Assembly (NCBI GenBank): GCA_044236265.1
Contig: JBIIGV010000007.1
Coordinates: forward strand, 1 to 47,348
Source: Oligoflexales bacterium
Lineage (GTDB): Bacteria; Bdellovibrionota_B; Oligoflexia; Oligoflexales; RGVZ01
Length of the DNA stretch: 47,348 bases
Direction: 5' to 3'
Positions 33,901 to 41,730 of this stretch are shown one piece after another; the first letter of the stretch is position 1, and each line of letters begins with the position of its first letter. The translations under genes were made by a program, and so were the position numbers. The notes under the pieces are model-generated. The model was not told the origin of the DNA and did not search any database. It was given only the letters and a program-made list of their open reading frames with translations.

Positions 33901-36412
33901 TGCGGCTGCTCGTGGTGATGTTCTAGAGGGGCGCGCACCCGTTTCTGTAGCCATAAAGATTATTGCTGAGCGAGCTGGGCAGTTAGCATCCCTTGGGGCT
34001 ATCGGAAGTTCGTACAAGCTTTTTGATCTGGCCGATAAGATTAGTCGCCAAGGTGGGCTGCCTCGCGCCTCCGGTTACGTCTCCTTGACTCGTGCGATGA
34101 CGGTTGATTATGTGAAGGGTCGTCTTGATGATGTCGCGTTTCATGTGAAAGAGGCGTTCCAAAAAATCGATTCCGAGCAGGATCGGATCGCTTACGCTCA
34201 GCTTGTTGTGTTCAAGCAGTATCTGGAGCTTTTGGTTGGAAATTTTGATGCAGTCGAACAACTGAATTCCGAGGTTCGACTGACGGTACCTACACGCAAT
34301 TGGATTAGTCCGATGTCTATGTCTTTGCTGCTCTTCGGGCTTCTGCTGAGAGGGCGAAGGCAGCGACTGGTTAAAATTGGCGAGGATTATTTGCGTCGTC
34401 GGCGGGCTGTCGGTGGTCGCGAGGATCTATTTAGCAATATTGTGACGACGCTACTTGTTTTTGCTCGCGGAGAGGATGATCATGCCCGTGAGGGCTTTTC
34501 GAAAGTTGTAAAACAATTTGTTTACGCTCCACGTTCTGAAGTTCTTTCGGCTTGGCAGGAGGACTTTGTTGGGATGTTTTTGCTGGTGTTCCCGGTTTTC
34601 TTTGAGATGGAATACGGGAAGCAAGTTATGCGTAATGCTGAAATGTTCAGATGGCTTAGTTTGTTGGGCGAACGCCAGCCTTTTGCGACAAGGATTTTTC
34701 ACAGACGAACCGTACAGTCAATGATTAGAGCTCGATGTGGTGAGCTTGTCGGTTCTAAAAGCATCAGAAAAATTTATGATGACGCGTTGCGAGAGGCGAA
34801 GGTTGAGGGCAATATTCTTGTTCAGTCTCTTTGCTATTTATGGTTTGGAGCTCATCTGCTGAGTCGCGGGCAACGAAGTCGTTCTGATTATCTTGATCTA
34901 TCTCTGAAAATTGCTGATGAGAATGATTTGTCTGGACTGGTTTTCTATATACAGCGAGTTATGGAAAACTTGGGCGTTCAGCCGGCTGTCGAGCTCGTTC
35001 GGCCAGAGCTAGCCCAGTCTGATGTAGGCCCAGCTCTCGGTGTTTCTCTCGAGCTTGTCAGCCGACATCTGGATTTTTTGGTGTCGGCTGTTAATAATGA
35101 TTCTGAAAGTAGAGTTGACTTGAATGGCACTATCGATGTGCTGAAGTCGGTATATCCAGACTCGCCATATATGATTGTTCTGTCAGATGGCGTTAAGACG
35201 GATCCTGTGTTGCTTTCCACCCTGGGTGCGGCAGAATCTTCAGACATGTTGAAATCAGTTTTTCCTTATTTCACAATACGCTCGACGTTAGTTCTTCATC
35301 TGTCTGGATCCGGAATGACCATACGTGGCGATCAGACCGCTTATGGCGCAGAATCTTTGGAGAAGACTTTTGTTCCTGAAGAGGATCTGGGATCAACACA
35401 AGTATTACAAGCTAGTGGATCTGACTTAACGCTTCGACCTGAAATGTTCTCCTCGACCGGAGGTGTAGACAGCCCCGCGCGTAGTCAGTCTTCAAAGTCC
35501 ATATCCTCAGGCTCTATGCAGTGCTTGATTCCGATTCGTGCTGGTGGTGAAACCATAGGGCTGATTGTGATTACGGATATTGGCACTGATGCGCCGCAGG
35601 ATTTCCATTGGCTAAAGCGTGAATTTGATGCCATTGGTGCGCATGTGGGTTGGTTACTAGCGCAGAAGTTTCTTCCGCTACGCGATTATTTGGACAGCAC
35701 AGAGCGTGGAGTGCCCGCTGATTTGTCTGTTATGGGTGGTGTTTATTTTGAGCCAGCTCCATGGCTGGATATCCAGTTGGTTGGGAGCCTTCGAAAAGAA
35801 CGTGAAGCTAGCTGGTATCTCGGTCTGAAGTGGGGCAACACACAATATCTTGTAGTCTACTGTTGTGTGAAGGGCGATGTCTTGGAGAGAGACCGTTTTG
35901 CCGCTTTATTGATGTATCAGGTGTTTATAACCCGCGAAATGATCAATATGCTTGGTCAGGCGCGTAGCGAGGTCACTGATGTTCGAATATTCCTTCAAGG
36001 TGTACTCAACTCAAGTGGTCTGGCAGGCCGTATGGATGAGATTCTTTTTGCATATAGTCTATTTGAAAAGGATGGCGATATTGTTGCATCCGGTCATTAC
36101 GGTCAGGCGCGTCCAGTCGTGCTAGGCGTAGAGAATCGAGTCACGGCATTTAATCAGGCGTCTCTGCGCATGCGGGACGGTCGGGATTTGCGTTATTGGG
36201 AGGTTTTTGCTCCCATGGGACAAGACAATGTATTCCTCGTCAGCTATGATACCAGTCGAATCGATGGCGGAGCAAAGATGTTTATGACGGCAGCGGGTAA
36301 GCGAAGTCAGGCCATGGCACAGTCAAAGTCTGCTACCAAATTACTTGAAACCGCGGTACAAGATAAGTTGCTTCCGCGTTATTATGTTGCGATTACAAGG
36401 CGTGTTGCGTGA
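30995..36412 (+). CDS. Hanks Ser/Thr kinase - STAND/AAA ATPase - helical/TPR-like - GAF-like - degenerate SpoIIE/PP2C multidomain protein
   Basis: GRGGMG, VAIK, HRDIKPQN, DFG, YMAPE; Walker A GASGVGKT, Walker B ILDDVHWAD; SMQCLIPIRAGGETIGLIVI GAF-like strand pair; C-terminal SpoIIE-like pattern. Confidence 0.88.
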   Translation: MGLLGGSVSSSSNRFTGKWIGQRYCIEQELGRGGMGAVYRAFHVDDPSNDVAIKLIHRTQKMSSTDLLRFQKEAALMSQLYHSNIIAFHELGIFQAEESKDISRGYYIVMDYARGKNLKESLADDGRKDLAFFFQVGLQVADALDYTHGKNIIHRDIKPQNIIISQAPGDERGVHVRVLDFGVARLGDVMGRDDGTAEERAGTPIYMAPEQTATGFGVSDHRVDLYSLGCVLYEILTGHPPFSGDNREALERAHQTSEAEPVQSIRPDVPGVVCQIIHKLLAKRPDERYQTAFSLSADLLRAKALWEQKPRNVPTFPLALKDAFFAVSAQLPLHGRSAEIEAILHEYSQVADAKARGRITVVTGASGVGKTRVLNEFRSNLAARRIKFLSGVFTQHENALPFNALANAFNELLVKTAKTSPVDADVLSRKIKQIIGADAHLVAGVVPGLKSYLNDIPEPEDGTDIDGERYARFAKAFSDFTRCLVPEAQPLVMILDDVHWADEKSLGLIDQFFSNANSLRFQLVIGCRMDAVQEGSPFWRFIQKFRGLKLRYAEVNLSALSLDASRSVVTSLLRQSQAVSSELAEHLVAKSGGIPMRLVELTRRLVALDMIRLNRRDKGWEYDLSEIRAAKISLTAVDLVLGRLTEFKGAELTILRTAASCGMSFQYETLLLQGKQPATGVVKLIERAIDEGIIVRAPEPPGLKHLGKAYLFVHKKVRDALYDVIELNERRSLHGAIARQLMEAVEKPKDQMLFAIAQHLNKSRDLSALDPEIEQQALTFNMKAGDAIRLKQGWTAANNYYRIALEIIDQKTIPKVDPSIRRKIIERLADVNAGQTNFKIALQRYAELLQQPMSKSEFSSAAAKASQLHLVCGNVSESLSWIRKGLEARGLLLPKIGWLDRLKFFVGMLTDALLAGSPGAPLVAGLKKCWAGRQKLGDGADVHFSQARLRFLLALASSRHDRALSESAHAAARGDVLEGRAPVSVAIKIIAERAGQLASLGAIGSSYKLFDLADKISRQGGLPRASGYVSLTRAMTVDYVKGRLDDVAFHVKEAFQKIDSEQDRIAYAQLVVFKQYLELLVGNFDAVEQLNSEVRLTVPTRNWISPMSMSLLLFGLLLRGRRQRLVKIGEDYLRRRRAVGGREDLFSNIVTTLLVFARGEDDHAREGFSKVVKQFVYAPRSEVLSAWQEDFVGMFLLVFPVFFEMEYGKQVMRNAEMFRWLSLLGERQPFATRIFHRRTVQSMIRARCGELVGSKSIRKIYDDALREAKVEGNILVQSLCYLWFGAHLLSRGQRSRSDYLDLSLKIADENDLSGLVFYIQRVMENLGVQPAVELVRPELAQSDVGPALGVSLELVSRHLDFLVSAVNNDSESRVDLNGTIDVLKSVYPDSPYMIVLSDGVKTDPVLLSTLGAAESSDMLKSVFPYFTIRSTLVLHLSGSGMTIRGDQTAYGAESLEKTFVPEEDLGSTQVLQASGSDLTLRPEMFSSTGGVDSPARSQSSKSISSGSMQCLIPIRAGGETIGLIVITDIGTDAPQDFHWLKREFDAIGAHVGWLLAQKFLPLRDYLDSTERGVPADLSVMGGVYFEPAPWLDIQLVGSLRKEREASWYLGLKWGNTQYLVVYCCVKGDVLERDRFAALLMYQVFITREMINMLGQARSEVTDVRIFLQGVLNSSGLAGRMDEILFAYSLFEKDGDIVASGHYGQARPVVLGVENRVTAFNQASLRMRDGRDLRYWEVFAPMGQDNVFLVSYDTSRIDGGAKMFMTAAGKRSQAMAQSKSATKLLETAVQDKLLPRYYVAITRRVA

Positions 36413-37311
36413 ATTCACAGAGCTTCATCGACGACTTGCTTCAAAGCAAGAAATTTTTATTGGTCACCGGTAAGGGTGGCATCGGTAAAACATTGCTCAC
36501 TTGTGCTCTAGCCAAAAGAGCTGAGGCGCTGGGACGGCGGGTTTTGGTTGTAGAGCAATCTGCGGTAGAGCAGGTGGGGCCGCTACTTGGCCTGAAAGAT
36601 ATTGGCCACGAAGAGCTCTGGTCGGGGAATCTCGGGGCTGCGAATTTTACGGCAGGTGGAAACTTCCGAGACTTTATAACAAAGCACCTGATGAAGTCGT
36701 CTCTGTTGGACGTGATTCTATCAAATAAGATAGTTCATAGCTTTTTTACCACAATACCTGGCTTCGCCGAGTTAATGCTTTTAGGACGAATCTACTATGC
36801 AATGAACGAGTCCCCGAAGCTGCGTCCTGATTTGATTATTATGGACGCATACGCATCTGGTCACTTCATGAGTTTGATGACCACACCGGATGCCGTGCTG
36901 AAGTCCGGTTTGGCCGGACCAATTGTTCGATTAACAACGATGGTTAGAGATTGGCTCGCCGACTCAAAACTTTGCGGCACGATCTATGTTGGTATACCCG
37001 AGGAACTCGTTGTTAACGAAACTCTTGATTTTTTGCCACAGCTAATCGCGAGGTCTCCAGTTGCGCTGAGTGCGGTTGTGATGAATCGCTGTCTGACATC
37101 CTTAAATGCAAATGGTTCGCGGTCGGCTGCATTTTCATTCTTGGATGAAAGGCTGAGGCGGCAGGCGGCTGCTTTGTCCAGGTTTGCAGAAAGCAAGGCT
37201 CAAAGTGATAAATTACGTTTATTGCCCCTGATTCTCTTGCCTGAGCTTGGATCAATTTCAGAGCCACTGGATGAGACAACGGTATCGAGACTATTCGGAG
37301 GAGCGTCATGA
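36409..37311 (+). CDS. ArsA/Get3-family ATPase, subunit A (BagA/Rv3679-like)
   Basis: GKGGIGKT; VVEQ in place of xDP; TIPGFAEL; DAYASGH; PEELVVNET; GTGA overlap with kinase stop. Confidence 0.85.
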   Translation: MNSQSFIDDLLQSKKFLLVTGKGGIGKTLLTCALAKRAEALGRRVLVVEQSAVEQVGPLLGLKDIGHEELWSGNLGAANFTAGGNFRDFITKHLMKSSLLDVILSNKIVHSFFTTIPGFAELMLLGRIYYAMNESPKLRPDLIIMDAYASGHFMSLMTTPDAVLKSGLAGPIVRLTTMVRDWLADSKLCGTIYVGIPEELVVNETLDFLPQLIARSPVALSAVVMNRCLTSLNANGSRSAAFSFLDERLRRQAAALSRFAESKAQSDKLRLLPLILLPELGSISEPLDETTVSRLFGGAS

Positions 37312-38435
37312 CTGACTCTGTAGGTAGTAAGTCCCGTACGACAATTATTGAAGGATCGCCGGTTGAGAGAATGCTTAAAAGCCAGCGTGTCGTCATCGTG
37401 ATTGGAGCCGGAGGGGTTGGCAAGACGACGTCATCGGTAGCTTTGGCAATTCACGGAGCTCGACTAGGAAGGCGCGTAGCGCTTCTTAGTATTGACCCCG
37501 CAAAGCGTCTTGCGGCTGCTTTGGGGATTGAGTTGGGCCATGAACTGCGGCCAGTCGTGTTTCCTGAATCAAGCGGTATCAAGGGTGTATTGCACGCTGC
37601 AATGTTGGATCAAAAGGCTGTCTTCGACAGCATGGTTCGTAAGCATGCTCCCTCTCCCCATATTGCGGATAAGATACTGCGAGACCCATTGTACATATCA
37701 GCATCTACAAACCTCAGTGGCCCGCTGGAGTACATGGCGTTGGCTCGACTGCAGGAGTTATCAGAGAGCCCTGACTGGGATTTGATTGTTTTGGATACAC
37801 CGCCGGATTCCCATGCTTTGGACTTTTTGGCTAGACCCAATGTTTTGTCGGCTTTTGTAGATAACAAGGTCATGAGTCGCTTGCTCAAGCCTATTGTTAT
37901 GGCCGGACGGATTGGTCTTGGCGGAGTGGCCTCAATTAGTGAGAAGGTTTTAGGTGGAGTAACGAGTATCACTGGATTTGGAGCACTGCGAAGCTTCGGA
38001 GAGTTTATCTTGCTGATGCAGGAAGTCATCGAGGGCTTCCATCGTTCTGGTGAAAGGGTTTTGGAAATTCTTCGCCGTGAATCAACAAGTTTTGTGCTGG
38101 TTTGCGTTCCTCAGAAGGCTGCCGCTCGGGCCGCAGGCGCGCTCAGCAATGAATTGCGCCAGATGGGGTATGCGCTTGATGGAGCTGTTTTTAACAGATG
38201 TCTCCCACGTCCCGTCATTGACGACCTTAAAAAGAATTCTGCAGATGAACTGACGATTCTTAGAGCTCGCGCCAAATCAGAAGATTCAATCATTGAAAAT
38301 TTGGCTGAGGAAATCCACGGTAACCAGGAGTCTGCAAGCATTTGGCAGCTTCGGGTGGATGAACAGACTGATGACATACACTCGATTGTCGGAATTTTGA
38401 AGTTCTCGGAGCTTTTTGGACGCTCGATAACCTGA
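37308..38435 (+). CDS. ArsA/Get3-family ATPase, subunit B (BagB/Rv3680-like)
   Basis: GAGGVGKTT; SIDPAKRLAAALG; EYMALARL; LDTPP; ATGA overlap. Confidence 0.88.
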   Translation: MTDSVGSKSRTTIIEGSPVERMLKSQRVVIVIGAGGVGKTTSSVALAIHGARLGRRVALLSIDPAKRLAAALGIELGHELRPVVFPESSGIKGVLHAAMLDQKAVFDSMVRKHAPSPHIADKILRDPLYISASTNLSGPLEYMALARLQELSESPDWDLIVLDTPPDSHALDFLARPNVLSAFVDNKVMSRLLKPIVMAGRIGLGGVASISEKVLGGVTSITGFGALRSFGEFILLMQEVIEGFHRSGERVLEILRRESTSFVLVCVPQKAAARAAGALSNELRQMGYALDGAVFNRCLPRPVIDDLKKNSADELTILRARAKSEDSIIENLAEEIHGNQESASIWQLRVDEQTDDIHSIVGILKFSELFGRSIT

Positions 38436-38548
38436 TGTCTCAAGTTCGATCAAACTGGGCAGCTTGTGCCTAGTGTCCTATGGCAGCTATCCCGGATACA
38501 ATAACTATTGGAAATATATAGTTTATTGTAAAGCGAGGTTTCCGGGGC

Positions 38549-39364
38549 ATGGCGAGATTGTTGGCGAGTACCTGGCGAGAAACGTTACTGGTAGATCCAG
38601 TAAGCGCGATTGGAAAAATTGCGCTGCAGCGCCTTCACGATCTCGGTGCCTACGGCCTCTACCTCTACGAGATTGCAAAGCAAACTGTTCAGCGTCCCAT
38701 GCGCTGGGAGCTTATTTTCCAACAGTTGGAATTCATTGGAAATCAATCGCTTAATATTATCCTGCTCACCGGTTTTTTTACTGGCGCTGTATTTGCCCTG
38801 CAGATTGGTGGCATTTTCCAGATTTTCCGCGCTGAGAGTATTATGGGAGCTGCAACGGCAAAGGCACTCACCAGAGAAATGGCGCCGTTAATGACGGCGT
38901 TTCTTCTGACTGGACGTGCCGGGTCAGCCATGACCGCTGAAATTGCCACTATGCGTGTTAACGAGCAAGTTGATGCGATGGAAGCGATGGCTGTTGATCC
39001 AATCAATTACCTTGTTGTGCCGCGCACGATTGCAGCGATGATGATTATTCCGTTGTTGTGTGGTGTGTTTATTTTTATCGGAACATTTGGCGCTTTCACG
39101 ATGGGCGTGGCGGTTTTCGACGTGGACGTCGGGATTTTCATTGATCGGATTAAATGGCTTGTTGAACCCCGTGACATTATGAATGGTTTGGAAAAGGCTT
39201 TTATTTTCTCGATCATCATTTCGACGATGGCATGTCGATACGGGTTGCATGCAAGTGGTGGTGCAAAGGGCGTTGGCCGTGCGACGACGATGTCGGTTGT
39301 GACGACGCTTCTCATTATTTTGCTTTGTGATGTTGTAATCACTTACGTCCAATTGAGGTTGTGA
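38549..39364 (+). CDS. mlaE: MlaE-family ABC permease
   Basis: REMAPLMTAFLLTGRAGSAMTAEIATMRVNEQVDAMEAMAVDP, GVGRATT. Confidence 0.93.
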   Translation: MARLLASTWRETLLVDPVSAIGKIALQRLHDLGAYGLYLYEIAKQTVQRPMRWELIFQQLEFIGNQSLNIILLTGFFTGAVFALQIGGIFQIFRAESIMGAATAKALTREMAPLMTAFLLTGRAGSAMTAEIATMRVNEQVDAMEAMAVDPINYLVVPRTIAAMMIIPLLCGVFIFIGTFGAFTMGVAVFDVDVGIFIDRIKWLVEPRDIMNGLEKAFIFSIIISTMACRYGLHASGGAKGVGRATTMSVVTTLLIILLCDVVITYVQLRL

Positions 39365-39366
39365 TT

Positions 39367-40125
39367 ATGGGATCTATCATTGAGTTCAAGAATGTGACTA
39401 AAAAATTCAATAAGCGAGCAGTTCTCGACCATCTCGACATTTCCATTCCAAGAGGAAAAATCACCTTTATAGTCGGCAAATCAGGCGAAGGTAAATCGGT
39501 GACCATTAAACACATTATGGGACTTCTGAAGCCTGATGAAGGACGTATTGTCGTCAACGGAGAGGACATCACTGATTTTGAGGACGAACAACTTCGAGAA
39601 TACAGAAAGAAGTTCGGTATGCTCTTTCAACATGCCGCTCTTTTTGATTCGATGACTGTTGGGCAGAATGTGATTTTTCCGCTGAAAGAGCACACGAACA
39701 TGCCCCTTGCGGAGATGCTCAAGCGGGTAGAGAGGGTGCTTGAGCAGGTTGGACTTCCCAATATGCAGCACAAATACCCAACGGAACTGTCGACAGGCGA
39801 GAAAAAGCGAGTGGGGCTTGCACGAGCTTTGGTCTCAAAGCCGGAGATTATCCTTTATGACGAGCCAACAACGGGCATGGATCCGTTGGTGTCAGAAATG
39901 ATTGATGAGCTGATAGTTCATGTAAATAAGGAAATTCAGGGGATCACCTCGATTGTGATTTCCCATGACTTAAAAGCTGCCCTGGGCACTGCCGAATATA
40001 TTGTTTTTTTGTACAAAGGCAAGGTTGCGTTGGCGGGATCCCCAGAAGACTTCAAAACGACAAAGGATCCGGTCGTAAGACAGTTTTTTAGCGGAAAAGT
40101 TTCCGGTCCAATGGAGTTTTTATGA
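39367..40125 (+). CDS. mlaF: MlaF/Mkl-family ABC ATPase
   Basis: GKSGEGKS, LFQHAALFDSMTVGQN, variant signature LSTGE, YDEPTTGMDP, ISHD; alt start GTG 39361. Confidence 0.92.
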   Translation: MGSIIEFKNVTKKFNKRAVLDHLDISIPRGKITFIVGKSGEGKSVTIKHIMGLLKPDEGRIVVNGEDITDFEDEQLREYRKKFGMLFQHAALFDSMTVGQNVIFPLKEHTNMPLAEMLKRVERVLEQVGLPNMQHKYPTELSTGEKKRVGLARALVSKPEIILYDEPTTGMDPLVSEMIDELIVHVNKEIQGITSIVISHDLKAALGTAEYIVFLYKGKVALAGSPEDFKTTKDPVVRQFFSGKVSGPMEFL

Positions 40126-40156
40126 AATTACCATGATGAAGCTCATGGTGTGCGAC

Positions 40157-40183
40157 TAAAGACGCGATTGATTGTTCCGATGA
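40157..40183 (+). promoter_or_regulatory. Internal sigma28-type promoter TAAA-N15-TCCGATGA for mlaD
   Basis: TAAAGACGCGATTGATTGTTCCGATGA, 27 nt upstream of ATG 40211. Confidence 0.7.
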
Positions 40184-40210
40184 ATTGAAGGCCAAATTGG
40201 AGAGCCGGGT

Positions 40211-41704
40211 ATGTGGAAACAAATGGGAACAGAGTTTAAGGTAGGGGTGTTCACGATTGTGGCCCTCTTCACGCTCGGCTATATGCTCTTCGTGCTGAAT
40301 CCCAATCTCTTAAAAGATACGACTCGCAAGCAGTATTACACTGTTCTAAAGGACGCTGCAGGAATCATTCCTAAAACTCACGTTAAGACCAACGGTGTTA
40401 CCATCGGGAAAGTTAAAGCGGTAGAGTTGGATATCAATAACACGCGCATAGTCGTAGAGATTGATTCCCATGTGAAGCTTCCCGTTGGGAGTAAAATCGA
40501 GGTTAGAACCCGAGGCTTGTTGGGTGATGTTTATCTGGAAATCATTCGTGTAGAAGATACCGGGCAGTTCATTCCAGAGGGTGGCTTAATCCCGAAATCT
40601 GAAGATCAACTCGATATGCAGGGCGTCATGTCACTTCTGGGTAATATTGGCAAAGACGTCAAAAAAATAACTGGTACGATTTCAAATGTTGTCGGTAACG
40701 ACGAAGGCGAGTCGTCACTGCGCAACATCCTCGACAATATTGAAACTCTGACAGCCGATTTGCGCTCCACAGGTGCGTCGATTCGAGGCGCTATTGGCGA
40801 TAATCCAGATTCTATGAAGAATATTGTCATGAACCTTGATAAGTCTCTTGGTAACCTTAAAAAAATCACTGGCACCCTCGGGGATGTTCTGGATGACTCA
40901 AATAAAGAGCGTCTCAACCGTATTATTGCATCTTTTGACGACAGCATGAGTGAAGTTAAAAGTGCGACGAAGAACATACGACTGATTAGTGAGAAAATCG
41001 AGAAGGGCGAGGGCACGATCGGAAAACTTGTGAACGACGATGCCGCTATTCACGAGATTGAGTCAGCCGTTAAAGAACTACGTCAGGTCCTATCGCCGGC
41101 CACGAAGATGCAGTTAATTGTTGATACGCATGGAGAGGGGCGAGCCGACAGAAGCGGGCAGACCTATTTTAACGTTATTTTCAAAACCCGTCCGGACCGT
41201 TTTTATCTCGTTGGTATGACTGACGGGCAGGAGAACATTCGTGATACAACGACCGAGGACTTGGCCGATGTTCCTGCAGGCGAAAACGCGCCTGCAACAT
41301 CTAAGAGTCGCGAGCGCATTACGGAGCGTAAGTCGATACGTTTCAATTTGCAATTGGCGAAGCGCTGGTACTTCGTGACGGCTCGTCTCGGGTTGTTTGA
41401 AAGCACTGGTGGTGGCGCTGTGGATATGCATTTTTTCCGCGACCGGATCAGACTCTCTCTTGAAGCCTTTGACTTCAAGACCTACGATAACGAATGGCGC
41501 AGAGTCGCCCGTTTGAAGGCTTACTTACAAGTTCTGTTCTTTGATCATATCTACTTAATGGCGGGCGTCGACGACATTACTCGCAAGAAAAATCCGAGAA
41601 CCTACGAGGAGCAAAGAGGTCCAGTACCGTTTGGCGGTCTCGGACTTGCCTTTAACGATCAGGATTTGAAAGCCCTATTTGGCGCAGCTGCATTAGCTCG
41701 CTAA
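40211..41704 (+). CDS. mlaD: Long MlaD/MCE protein: TM, MCE domain, helical region, beta-rich C-terminal domain
   Basis: EFKVGVF TM, VKTNGVTIGKV, GLLGDVYLEI; GEGTIGKLVND; C-terminal amphipathic strands (RFNLQLAKRW, ARLGLFESTGG). Confidence 0.88.
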   Translation: MWKQMGTEFKVGVFTIVALFTLGYMLFVLNPNLLKDTTRKQYYTVLKDAAGIIPKTHVKTNGVTIGKVKAVELDINNTRIVVEIDSHVKLPVGSKIEVRTRGLLGDVYLEIIRVEDTGQFIPEGGLIPKSEDQLDMQGVMSLLGNIGKDVKKITGTISNVVGNDEGESSLRNILDNIETLTADLRSTGASIRGAIGDNPDSMKNIVMNLDKSLGNLKKITGTLGDVLDDSNKERLNRIIASFDDSMSEVKSATKNIRLISEKIEKGEGTIGKLVNDDAAIHEIESAVKELRQVLSPATKMQLIVDTHGEGRADRSGQTYFNVIFKTRPDRFYLVGMTDGQENIRDTTTEDLADVPAGENAPATSKSRERITERKSIRFNLQLAKRWYFVTARLGLFESTGGGAVDMHFFRDRIRLSLEAFDFKTYDNEWRRVARLKAYLQVLFFDHIYLMAGVDDITRKKNPRTYEEQRGPVPFGGLGLAFNDQDLKALFGAAALAR

Positions 41705-41730
41705 TCATTGTTCTCCAAAATTTGACGTCC

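Noticed and set aside
30995..36412. Anti-phage STAND (Avs-like) defence gene
   Set aside because: Architecture matches kinase-AAA-GAF signalling family; no nuclease/TIR/Sir2 effector, no defence-island context
36409..38435. Arsenic-resistance ArsA
   Set aside because: No arsB/acr3/arsC/arsD/arsR nearby; split asymmetric Get3/BagAB-like motifs
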